Assembly (NCBI GenBank): GCA_048772705.1
Contig: JBLWGC010000043.1
Span: 310,001 to 374,000 of the forward strand
DNA: 64,000 nucleotides
Direction: 5' to 3'
Origin: Leidyana gryllorum EB-2025a
Lineage: Eukaryota; Protista; Apicomplexa
In this document: positions 47,782 to 59,505 of the stretch, piece by piece
Layout of the letters: each line of letters opens with the position of its first letter
How positions within the stretch are numbered: position 1 is the first letter of the stretch
The notes under the pieces: model-generated
Database searches by the model: none
What the model was told of the DNA's origin: nothing
Seen by the model: the letters and a program-made list of their open reading frames with translations, nothing else
Position numbers and translations under genes: made by a program

Positions 47782-49746
47782 TCAACATGGCACATCGACG
47801 ATAGTGCGAGAAGTGTGTATTTCAGCTTCTTCTTCAGTTGTTCCCCACTCGTACTGAGTACCCAACGCCACATCCAACTGGACAGCGCTGGAGTTTTCGG
47901 GTGGATCAACGAAGATGGGGAATCTCATTTCCTCGCCCGGCCGCAAGACGAAACGTCTTCCGGTGGTGTGCAAACCGGTCGTAGAGGACGTGGCAGCCGC
48001 CAGAGCGCCTTTCACTGCTCCCAAACTGTCCAGTCGGCCTGATGAAGATATCTTGGACGCATAAGCGCTGACGACTTGCACAGACGACAGGATGAGCGAT
48101 TTTCGTTGGGTGACAGTCAGATTGGGGTTGGCTTGTAACATAAGAGCGATGGTGCCCGCGACCATCGGAGTCGCCATGGAGGTTCCGCCTCGCCATTGGT
48201 AGTTGGTGTTTCCGACATTGTATATATAATCTCCAGGAGCGGCCAAGTGCACACACTTCGTGCCGAAGTTAGTATAGTCGATCAGCGACGTGTTTTGACA
48301 GGTGGCAGAAACTGTCAAAGTATTATTGAGATCCCAGCACGCCGGATAGTTTGGCGTGGCATTCATGTCGGTTCCTGCATTTCCTGCAGCGGTCACCCAC
48401 GATACGCCTTTGGCACCCGCTGCTTTCAGAGCGTTGAACATTGTGGTATAATTGGACGTGGCTCCACCCCAACTGGCGCTCATGACTTTGACGCCAGTGG
48501 AGACACCGTAGTCAATACATTTGACAGCATCACTGAACAGACCGGATCCGGAGTTCATGAACTTGCAGGTGACCAAGCTGGGCCCCCAGGACATACCCGC
48601 GACACCGATGGAATTGTTGGTCACTGCCCCCACTGTTCCCAGGCAGAAGGAGCCGTGCCCATCGGTGTCGGTGATATTGCCGTCAATGACACCACTGGCC
48701 ACACGGATTCCGTTGACATCGTCTTTATAGCCGTTGTCTGTGGAGGCACGAAGATGAGCATTTGTTGTGATACAGTGCGTTTAGAAATGAGAAGGTGTTG
48801 AGAACATACTGTCATCGTCGACTCCGGCTGCGCCATTGGCTTCGGCGGAATTGACAAAGATGTTTGCTTGAAGGTCCGGATGGGACACGTTGGTGCCAGT
48901 GTCTATGACCATCACCTTGGGGGACTTCATATTGGCACCTGTGACATATCCCCAGGCTTGATTGACTTTGGTGTCTTTAATGTACCATTGGCGGCTGAGC
49001 CACTGGTCGTTGGGTGTAACAGCAGCGTCAGCGAAGGCTTGGAGTTCATGTTGGAAGGCTTGGACGTGTTGGGCGGGATCGATACTGCCGCGATGGACAA
49101 AGTCGTCGAGGTCGATTCCGTGAATATGGGGATGGCAGACGAATTGTTTGAGTAGATCCAAGATTTTACCACTTTCCTGGCCGAAGGTGTCAGCGAAGTG
49201 GACAACACCAGTCTTGATGTTGTCGCTAAGGAAGATGCTTTTGACCAATCCGTGGCAGGGCATTTTGGGTAGACATTGGAACTGTCTGGCTTTAGAAGAG
49301 AGGGGTTGTAACCAATGGGCTTTGGGGTCTACGAGATTCTCGCAGAATTTGGCCCAACGCTGCATTTGACTGCCGTCTTTGAACTTGTTGGGGTCCCAGT
49401 GAAAGAGGAGGTTGAGAGGGCCCTTCTTGGCGTGGGTCAACTCCAAGGCTTTGTGCAGGAAGGTTACAAACTCTGCGGTCCGCATGATTGTGTGTGTAAC
49501 ACTTTGCCCCTCTACAGGGGTTTGGTGCTCACAGGTGGCGCTGGCGCCCCGGAGAAGGCCGGTGCTACTGACTTTGCCATCTTCCAGCCACACTTCCACG
49601 GGTTCATCATCTCGATTATGGACTTTTAGGTCAACTCGAGGCGAGCGCCCGAGGTCATGTTCAACTTGCTCGAAAGACGTGTGCAGTTTAGGTTTGGCAG
49701 GTCCAGCCAAGACCGTGGTGCACAGGAAGATCAACTTGGTCCACAT
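47782..49746 (-). CDS. Subtilisin-like serine protease (S8A) 3; one intron
   Basis: Signal peptide; PNDQWLSRQWYI; VIDTG; GVDDD|NNGYKDDVNG (SUB1-like Ca loop); HGSFCLG; AAGN; GTSMATP. Confidence 0.95.
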
Positions 49747-49832
49747 CTGTGCGCCAGGGTGGTGCTTTTCCGGATGGCCAAAGTCCCGAATCTGCGCATG
49801 TGGGGTACATGCGGCGAACTATTCCTTGAACG

Positions 49833-50357
49833 ATGGATCGGTTTGAATCAGCACTTCGTCGTGGACAGCAGGACCTTGTAACCGACAAGACCTGTTGCTG
49901 CTTTTTCGACAAGCACAAGTGGCACTTGGTGAGTGCAGTGTGATTTCTGCTGCATACCATTCCTCAGTTGTGGTGTTGGGTGACGAGCGGGCGCGGTTTC
50001 CAGGGCGGCGTCTATGAGTACAAAGTGCCTCCCCGACCTTTTGATCTGACAAAAGAACAGGCCGATGTGCAGATGTACCGTCAAATGACTTATGGCGCGG
50101 CGTCCAGCGAGTTTAACCCGCTCCAAATGCAAACTCTCGACAGGTCCAGCGCCCCCACCACCATTCAGTCACATGGCAGACTTTCATTTGATCAGTACTG
50201 TCTACTCGCTAAAAAGATCTATGAGGAAAGGTATGTGCGATCGCTCCCCAAGTCGTTTCCCCCCGTCAAAACTCACCTCTCTGCAGGTTACGAGAGCCCC
50301 TCGACATCAGCATCTGATCATTGCACAACATATTTGTCTACAAAGGTGTCAAAATGA
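49833..50357 (+). CDS. Small hypothetical protein with CCC (possible palmitoylation) motif; intron 49929-49967
   Basis: MDRFESALRR..KTCCCFFDKHKWHL spliced in frame to LWCWVTSGRG. Confidence 0.55.
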
Positions 50358-50367
50358 CCAATTCTCA

Positions 50368-51708
50368 TCAGAGCTCAACGTGATCACCTCCTGAGGACGG
50401 CTGCTCGTAAATGTTCTCGGGACACAATACTTGTCGCCGGCCTTTGCTGTCCTCGTAGCATAAATAATCGTCCGATGCAAAGAGGTGTTGACTCCAATCA
50501 ACTTTGGCTGGTTTCCGCACCCCGGTGTCCGAGACGGGGTACTCTGGCAGAGCGGTGATCGTCAGTACCTGGTAGCTGCGACTGGTGTAATACAGCCCGT
50601 AAGCCTTGTTATATTTGAGGTGTTTCGCCGCGGGCGTCGTAATACGCAATGCGTTGGGAACTCCACCCATCCAGCGACTGGAACCAGTGTCCATCATTAC
50701 GTAGGAGTCGTCGCATCGCAACTCGATTCGGTTACTACGGGTGGGGGTGTGTCCCACGAATTGACGGGTGACATTGCGCAACTCGTGAGCTTCTTTGACC
50801 TGTGCACATATCGACTTGGTCTCACGATTGCCTCCAGAGAGCACTCGTGTCCAGATAGGTGAATTGTTCCCCTCGAGCAGCCAAGCAGCACGTCTGAGTC
50901 CTTCTTGATCGCGTCGCTTGTAGGCGATGATACCCTCAACGAACAACTTGTGAACGTCCTGGAAAGACCACCACCCCCCCGGAGTCTTTCCGCCGGTCGG
51001 ATCGCCCGAAGCGAAGGCGGGAGTCATGCCAGCGTGTATGAAGACAAAATCTCCGATTTGAAGGACGGGTATGAAGGTAGAGAGAATTCGGTTACCCAGA
51101 TATCCGGTCAGCGGATCCCAAACTTTCTTGGCGTGCTCTCCGTTGCCTTTGTAGTACGTTTTGAGTTCGCGGAACGCAATATAATGGGTTTGTTCCATCA
51201 TATTCATAATCTCGTGGTTGCCGAACAGCTGGTACACTTCATCTCCCACCTCTGCAGCTTCGGCCGTCAACCGCCAGAACAGCTCGTATATGGCTGGACT
51301 GTCGGGGCCTCGATCAGCAATGTCGCCTAATTGTATCAAAATCGATTTGCCGCCACTCGCAGACTTCTTCCACTTCCCCTCATCATCGATGACCCCTAAT
51401 TCGTACAATAGAGTACTCGCAGTCAAGAAGTCCCCGTGCAAATCGGGCAAAACATGGACTGTACTGCCCAACGGCCACGCTTTCATAGCCTTGTTCAGGT
51501 TCTCCGAATACATTTCGCGGATACTGCGGAACGAGGCTCCGTATATTTCGCTGGGGGCTATCTTCTCCACCGAGTCCGCCCAGGGAGACGTCCGATTCCG
51601 GAACTCCTCCTGATGAGTGATATAGGCAGCCCTCTCATCAGTCCGCAGCGTCGGAACATCCAGAGCGCCACAGCCAGCCCATACCAGCCACAGCCAAGAT
51701 AGTTTCAT
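50368..51708 (-). CDS. Shewanella-like PPP metallophosphatase (SHLP/SLP) with signal peptide and C-terminal HVEL
   Basis: DLHGD, GDIADRG, GNHE, HAG, GHT and MDTG (Shelph I/L-D-T-G-type signature). Confidence 0.9.
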   Translation of the reverse strand: MKLSWLWLVWAGCGALDVPTLRTDERAAYITHQEEFRNRTSPWADSVEKIAPSEIYGASFRSIREMYSENLNKAMKAWPLGSTVHVLPDLHGDFLTASTLLYELGVIDDEGKWKKSASGGKSILIQLGDIADRGPDSPAIYELFWRLTAEAAEVGDEVYQLFGNHEIMNMMEQTHYIAFRELKTYYKGNGEHAKKVWDPLTGYLGNRILSTFIPVLQIGDFVFIHAGMTPAFASGDPTGGKTPGGWWSFQDVHKLFVEGIIAYKRRDQEGLRRAAWLLEGNNSPIWTRVLSGGNRETKSICAQVKEAHELRNVTRQFVGHTPTRSNRIELRCDDSYVMMDTGSSRWMGGVPNALRITTPAAKHLKYNKAYGLYYTSRSYQVLTITALPEYPVSDTGVRKPAKVDWSQHLFASDDYLCYEDSKGRRQVLCPENIYEQPSSGGDHVEL

Positions 51709-51738
51709 AGCTTTTTTGCCACATTTTTATTCTTAAAG

Positions 51739-54700
51739 ATGGTGCAGCTCCTTGAAAGGCGATCCGCTTTGTTGAGCGAGCGACTCAAGTGGAAACCTCC
51801 GTCTCATCCTGCACTCGAATTAGATCAGCTAGCGGATCTCAAGTTTGTTCCCTCCTCTCTCAATCCTAATTTCTCCTTACTCGTCACACCCGACAAAGAG
51901 GACGACGACCACCAACAGACTGCCCACAATGCTAAACGCCTCCAAGACTTGGTCAGAGGCGTCGCCGAGGTTCCCCCAATAGTTGGCATATTCTGTCGCA
52001 ATGTCACATGTGTTGCTATGACACAACTGGTCTTTGCGACTTATGAAAAGCTCAGGGGAATCGATCAGGCGTCTCGCGTCCTCCTCATACATCCCGATCC
52101 AACCGAGCCTGCCATCGATATCTCTTCCTCTCTACGCGAGGATTTGTTCCATCTCCTTGTGGATTGGAGCACACAACGGGTATGTTCGATCTGACAAATT
52201 TATCCGACAGTCAGTTGTCCTCCCCAATCAGCTTCTCCTAATCAGCTTCCCCCCCTCCCCTCACACTCTCTCCACTGGACATCCTCGTAGGTCAACCGAT
52301 TGGATGAATTGCTCCGGACGGCTCTGGAAAGATATCAACTGACTCACGCGATCGTCATCAATTCAAAAGTAGAGACCGGCGGGATCGACGCTGTGATCGA
52401 CCGGTTACCCATCGTTCATATCCCGCTCGAGCCTGGGTGGGCCTGTCCCTGCCATTGCCAGCCGGCGGCCCCAGTTGGCTTCGATTCTCGTGCCAGAGAG
52501 CTCGCTGGTCGATATGCCATGTTGTCCGCGGACGCGAGAATAATGGGCAATGGGCCAGTTCTCGTCCGAGCACCCCCAGATGATCTGCTCACCACAGAAC
52601 TGGTGATGCAGTTGCGACCTCGGCAACTTGTTACAAATGCCGCCGAATTAGAACCCTTCCTGCCCGTTACAGCCGCTATGTACCCAGAACCCGACCAGTT
52701 TGAGCTCGCGAAAAGAGAGCAAACCCAATTTCTCGCAGATCTCGGCCCCGGGATCGTCCTGGTGAAACACGCGTTCGCCGAGTCCTTACCTATAGAGCAA
52801 TCCTCCAGTCTGCTCCTCAAAGCACCGCTTGATGACACCTGCGACGAGAGGTGTCTCGCGTCGGACTTTGACTTCACCTATGCAACCTTACTGGGCTCCG
52901 CGGGCGCCGTGGGCGCGCTGTGTGTCCTCAAAATGATGGATGTCGGTCAATTGATACTTTCAGTCTGCCACCTCGAATCTCAGATCGCCGACTGGAAGAT
53001 CTATTTCGTCCAAGGCGAGCTGCCAGCGCCTTGTCGCTTTTTTGATTCTGACAATGGACTCCTCGACTGCGCCGAGCTGAAATCGGTCCTCCCGCGAGTG
53101 AAAGAACGTCCCTTGGGACCGCCGCAAATCACAACAAATCGCACCGAGCGTCCCGGCCCCATTTGTCCCCCAATGATTGTCCGGATGGCACAAAAGTGGA
53201 GACTCCCTGAGACCGAAAGAGTGTCATTCATGAAGGCTCTAATGCAATGGGAGTACGACAACCTTCGGTTGAGAAGACTGCGGTATCGCGCTCCCATACC
53301 CAGCGTACTGGCCGAGCCAAAACTCCGTCTCACCAATCACACACGCCCCGTCTCCCTATCGGCGCTGTCTCGGACACGAATTGAGCAGTGTCTCCCATTG
53401 TCCACAGCCCAAACTAAGCTCGAGGTGGCCTCTTTGGCAGCGAGCCGGGGAGCGGTGGCGAAATGGCATCAGCGTATTGGCATTCTACTGACCGAGAGCG
53501 CGGTGGCTGGGCTGTCCAACATTCTGTTTGGCATTCACGAGCGTTGTGTGGTACACTCAAGTCGAATGCTCGCCTTCAAAGGGTCGAACGGGTGGAGAAC
53601 CGGGGATTACATTATGATCTCCAGAGATACTCTGACCAATCAGCTAAACTCTCCCGGTCTCGATCTGATCCACGAAATCGGTCTGGGAGTGGTCAGTGCG
53701 GAGACTCTCAGGAGCCAATCGTCTGCTCTGGAAGACTTGGGACGCTCGTGCAGCGAGATTGCTTTAGATGGATTGGTACTGGTGGGTGGGAGACGGGTGC
53801 TTGAATTAGCCAGTGACATCACCGAGCTATTTCTGGAGAAGAACATTCCAACTAACGTCATTTGCGTTCCGGCGAGTGCCGAATTCAACTGTCGACACCC
53901 TCTGCTCGAAATGTCGGTTGGATTCCATTCACACTGCGCACACTACGCCCACTATGTCGGGAAACTGCACAGAGAAATGGCCGACTCGTGGGTTATCGTT
54001 GATATCCCCGGAGACGAGCCTTCGTTGACTGCCGTTGAAGTTGCATTCCGAACCCACGTTGACTTTGTCGGCCTGTCAGATGAGTACGCCCACATCGAAG
54101 ACCCCGCAGCACGCATTCGTGCGGCAGTGACCGACATCAAGAACGTAATGGTCAAATCGAGGGCCCGCCACAAGGCAGGCGGGATCGTACTGTGTCCGAA
54201 TGACCTCCTGGAGGCTGCGTACTGCAGAAGCCGGGAGGCTGTGGGGAAACTGGAATGGACCAGTGAAGAGAGAACGTGGCTGGAGGCGGCCGAGCGAGAG
54301 TTGAGCACACCTGCTGCAATTGTCACCAGGCTGCTGGAGAGATACATTCGTGATGACAAGTCCGATATAGGCGACATGATGCTACGCACCAACGAAGTCC
54401 TCAGACACTGGGGACAATCGGTTTACCCTTCGAATTTTGACTGTGCGTTAGCTACCGCTCACGGTTATATGGCAGGCGTACTGATTGAATGTGGAGTCAC
54501 TGGATACCTGACATCCTTCAAACACCTAAACTCGCCCTCGGCACAATGGAAACCAATGGCTGTGCCAATTGCCATTCTGATGGATGACCAGTCAAGTGAC
54601 TCCTCCCAGATCGAAGGGGTGTGTGCGAGCAAAACAGCGAAACCGGGCATGTCGAGGAGGCGATTGGCAGCCCGAGACAAACTGCTGGTAGATCTGGGGA

Positions 54701-55021
54701 GTCATATTGGAGCCGTAAGTAGGGAGGGCCGGGTCGGTGTGTGGTGTGTTGATCAAATTAATTCTCATTCTGTAGTGGCGGGGAGGACACTGCTATCGAG
54801 AACCCGGGCCTCTGCAATTCGATTTCTCGAGTGGCGATCGGCCGCTGTGCCTGGAACTAGAGTATCGAGAGTCGGAGGAGCTGCAGGCGCAAGTTGCCGA
54901 GGTGTGTCGCGGGCTTAGTGATGTTTGTGGTTTGGACGTGCCAGACCCCATCCTGCAATCAGTGCTTCGGAACCTGTTGAAATTGAAGAGTTTGGTCAGC
55001 GACCTCCATTTTCGATCATAG
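51739..55021 (+). CDS. PPi-dependent phosphofructokinase-like protein (tandem two-half type), catalytic motifs degenerate; introns 52180-52290 and ~54715-54775
   Basis: LDGLVLVGG, VICVP..EMSVGF, PSNFDC..GVTGYL..NSPSAQW and YREPGPLQF. The N-half repeats VGFDS and SDFDFTYA. Confidence 0.82.
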
Positions 55022-55068
55022 ATGAACGTTTTTGCTGGTGGAGATTGATAGTTGTTTGATTTCATCCA

Positions 55069-58000
55069 ATGCAGCCCGCAGAGGGGTGGTGGAGACAGTT
55101 GCGAAAGAGCATTGAGGGGCGAGCGGTAGTCAAAGTCTCCAGGGAATCGTTCATCACAGCGTCTCATCTCGGCGAGGTTAGTGCCCGCCCTACTGGTCCA
55201 ATCCAATCCAATCCTACACCACAACTCGCAGTTTGAAGAGCAATGTTCTAAGTTTCGTGCCAGTCAAGGCGACTTCCGATCCAGGTTGCTCGCCGTCCTT
55301 CTATTGCTCCGCCGCGAACTCGATGATCGAGCATGCGCAGAAAGCCTCACACGGCTTTGCCTCTTCACCCGCAAAGCCGTTCCACAGGTACAGACACACA
55401 CCACACTCACTCGCTCGCCCACATACCGATCGTTACTATAGCTGATGTGTGCTGACTCTGCCTGTTTGTTCTTCCAACACGAGCATCCGGACGAGTTGCG
55501 AAGTTTCGCACCCCTCAACAACGAAGACGGAGCTGAAGATGTTAGCACCACCGATACTCAGAGAGCCCATATGTTCCGGTGTGATGATCGATACTCCTGG
55601 GTCGGGCGCAAGTATCAAAAGCTGCGACGCCAGCGACGCCGAAATCATATCTCCTTCCCCCCCCTTTCCGTGCAAGCCGAACCGTTCGTTTGGGCCACCC
55701 TTCCCGATCCCAACCGGCCCAATCGGTTAACTAGCGGCGTCTTGGAAGAGCTGCTGCCCTCTGCGGCCGATGACTCGGACAATTCCAGTTCCAACAGCAG
55801 CACCTCCAGTTCGCTTTGTCTCTTTGTGTTGATACGGGGAACGTCTGGGAGCCCTGTTGGGATGTTGGCGATCAGGAACCCCCGCTGGGAAAACCTCCCC
55901 TTGTTGTTGAGCGAAAATCCAAGTCAAGTCGAAGAAGTAGCCGGACAGCTGGGTCTGGCCGACCGTGAGAGTCTCGCGTTGGTGGCTGTTGCGCAGATTA
56001 TCGCGTTTGGGATAGAAACTACCCTACGCGCTGCACTTCGAGACGACGCTTTCAAAGCAGAGCTAATGAAACAAGACTTCCTTCTGAACCTCACCCAATA
56101 TGTCTGCAAGGTGAGCAGCGTTGGGGGTGGTGGCGAGGCGACTTGTCTGCAATGAACGTCACTTGCGCAGGATCGCAAGGACATTGGGCGTGCAATGATC
56201 CGATTCGATCGCATACTTCAAGCTTCATTTCATGTCGCGATTGCTGTCTGTTTCGCAGTGGACGACGTAGCACGTGAGATGGTACGCATTTGGGGTGGAG
56301 AATGGTGAGTTCACCGCGTCTTTTGCTTCGCGAAAGCCATATTCTTCCTCAGCTTCGAAGCTCAAGCCTTGCCTTTCCGGCATCGCATCATGAAACTGTG
56401 CATGGAAAGTGCTGAGCCGGTGGTCTCCATGATATTGTGGCGCGACTTTTGGAGCTTGGACGACGAATCAGATGTCAAGGAGGCTTCAGATTGTATCTCC
56501 ACGACCCTTCCTCCCGAGACAGTTGAAGATTGGTTGGATCATCAGATGTCTTGCTGTGTAGACAAAGTCCCTCCTGAGCTGGTGGCTACGTTGACAGCAC
56601 GTGTGCGGCCACGAAGAGGAACAGCAGGCGCATCCCTCCATCGACCGCGGTCTGCCTCTGAACCGAGCGAAGGGTAATTTGACTGACTCTGTGACGATAC
56701 ACTCACTTTTGTAAACAGCCCGAAGGTCTTTCTACCTATACGATCCGCCGACGGCAGAGCCAAGCTGTTATTGGTTCTAGTACGCAAGGAACACCTTCCA
56801 CGCCGGCGTCGGGACAAAATTAATCCGCGTACGAATCACGAGAGTCAGCGCATGTTCACAAGTTGTGACTTGGCAGTCATAAGCAGGCCAGATCTCACAA
56901 CCTCATCCGTTGAAACCTCACGCCCCCCTCATCCTCAACCTCGCACTTTCATGAAAATGAGCAGCAGGTTGCTCACAAACGACAACTTGTGGAAGAATCA
57001 ACAGCAACAAATTCTTGAGGTAACCATCAGTTTCTCCTCAAACTCATCATCTCTCACTTGTTCTTCGCAGAAATCAGATATGACTCCATTCAATCTTCAC
57101 TTCTCTCAGCCGTCCACCCCTATGATCGATCGCCCAGTCCGATTTTGGGACTGGGAGATGGATGGAACCTTCCCCCGGTGAGACATTGCCACGCGCGATC
57201 TGGGCATCTGACACATCTCCAAACCACAAAGACAATTCCTCGAAGTCCTGCGACAAGCCTCTGAAATTCTCTCCCTGGAACTGGACAGTGCCATCCCCCG
57301 CTATGTGATGCGCTCACTGATGCTCTCACAGCAACGTCGGGACTCGGGACCCAGCCATTCCATCATTGAGTATGCCTTTGGGCCATCTGAGCCCACAGTC
57401 CCCCGCCAACAACCCTCGTACGTCGTACGGTCTGCACCGGTCGGCCACGTCTGTTGTAGATGGGCTACTCATCGGAGAGCATCCGCCCCATACGCCCTTC
57501 ATCTAATACCTCGAAAAAGTCCTGTGGAGGATCGGATGGGTCCCCTGGTCTCTCCGGTCAGGAGAATGCGCGACAACTGGCGGCGATGCTCGCTTCTGCA
57601 GCCAGTTCGGGAAGGGTGAGACACAGCAGCAACGCCAAACCCATCCATCCCGCCCAGAGAATACGCCGTGACGCTGTCCGATAATGGGAGGGACCTTTTC
57701 CGCAGAAGTAGCGGATCGCCCCTTGAGAATGCGACCTCGTTGCCGCAGACTGAAGTGAGCACATTCTGCATTCAGAAACTCCCTCCACAACACACATCGA
57801 CAGAATCAGGGCATGTACAGAGCGTGGCGGACGCATCACGTTGATTGGTGGCATCTTCCGCTAAAGGAAGGCCGCATGTTCTTCAATTGGAGCCTGGATA
57901 CTTTGGGCTTCGCTCACGCAGTCCCTAGTTATGAGGAAGCCCGAAGTGCTCGACTCCTTCTGTACGATTTTATCTCCGCTTCCTACCGCAGGTCCAACCC

Positions 58001-59417
58001 CTATCATAATGCAGCTCACGCCTTACAGGTCTATCATGTGAGGAATAGTGTTTGAATGCCGTTTGTTACAATAAATGGCAGGTCCTATGGCTCCTCCTCA
58101 GTGAACATCAGCTAATCTCCCATCTCACCCCAACTGAAGCCTACAGCCTCATGTTGGCAGGCTTTGCCCATGATGTCGACCATCCGGGCGTCACCAACCA
58201 GTTCTTGTCCGCTAGTGACGACCCTCTGGCTATACGATACAATGACCGCAGCGTGTTGGAACATCATCATGCCTCTTATGTCTTCCAGTAAGCAGCAGAA
58301 GACGGAAGAGGCCCGGAATACTTTGGTCTCGGATAAATTCGTGGTCCTTGACACTTTATATCTGGCTCTGACATCAACATGCTTCTTTGTGCTGCAGGAC
58401 CGTTATGGCACGCCCGGAGATGAACTTCTTGGAGCCCTGTGACCCGGCGACCCGCCGGCAAATCCGCAAAGCAATGATTGAATTTATTCTGGCCACAGAT
58501 ATGCAAGTTCATTCGAAAATGTTGAGTCAATTCACGGAGCTGCTCAGCCGTGTGAACACTGAAATTGACTGTGAACCGCCACGGCTGGACGGCAGCACTG
58601 ACAATGATTGCAGCGAAGGTGATTATCCGAAGGCAGGGCCGCTGGAACTATTCCGCTCAGAATGGACGGACGATGATAGATCTTTGATAGGGTGCATTTT
58701 GATCCATGCAGCTGATCTGTCGAATCCGGTGAGCTTCGCCGCCTCATTGCCACCCACGCCTCCCAGACCTTGCCATTCCCATGGTTCGCTCGATGGAGCA
58801 GTTGTGTTATTGAGGAGTTCAACGCGCAAACGGATCGCGAGAGGGATCTGCAATTGGAGATCACTGGATATATGAACTGCCGGACAGAGAAATCTCGGTG
58901 AGATCTGCTACTCCCATTCAAGTATCGGTCTTTAGTATCGAGATGCAACTGGGTTTCAGCGAGTTTGTGGTACTGCCGTTATGGAGACCCCTGATGCAAT
59001 TCGAGCCGAGCCTGACAGAATGGGTACAACAAGGAGAGGCTAATTCCGCGTTCTGGCGCAGTGCTCTCGCAATTGTCGGCCAGCAGCCGAACTCCCCTCT
59101 CACATCCGCTGAATGGCTGGACTCCTTCGAAACAGCTCCGGATGACGGGTCCGCCGAGTCGTCAGCATGTTTCCTGTCCCATTCGGAAACTGCTGTTTCT
59201 GAGTCATCAGAGAAAGGCGGTGGCTCGCCTGCCGCGTCAACCGATGCTCAGTCTGACTGTAAAAAAGCAACTGATTTGGGGATCGACATTGCGTCGCGCG
59301 CGATCGATCCTCCAGCTCAGAACTTCTTGAAAACGTGGAAATGGTAAGTGATGACATGCTGACAAACACTTCGTGCCCAGGCAGGAGCAATCACTTTTCA
59401 ACTTCAAGAGAGACTAA
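55069..59417 (+). CDS. Class I cyclic-nucleotide phosphodiesterase with N-terminal GAF-like region, multi-exon
   Basis: YHNAAHALQV, AHDVDHPGVTNQF..YNDRSVLEHHH, ILATDM, IHAADLSNP, EEFNAQ and QLGFSEFVVLPLW. N-terminal LMCADSACLFF..SLCLFVLI..VGMLAIRN resembles GAF. Linkage of the middle exons is inferred. Confidence 0.85.
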
Positions 59418-59505
59418 TTGCATAACACACGTGTGTGCTCCGTGATGTGTCTCATGCTTTCAGTGTCATAACTCACCCTTTGTTGTTACATTCTCTTGGG
59501 AGGAA

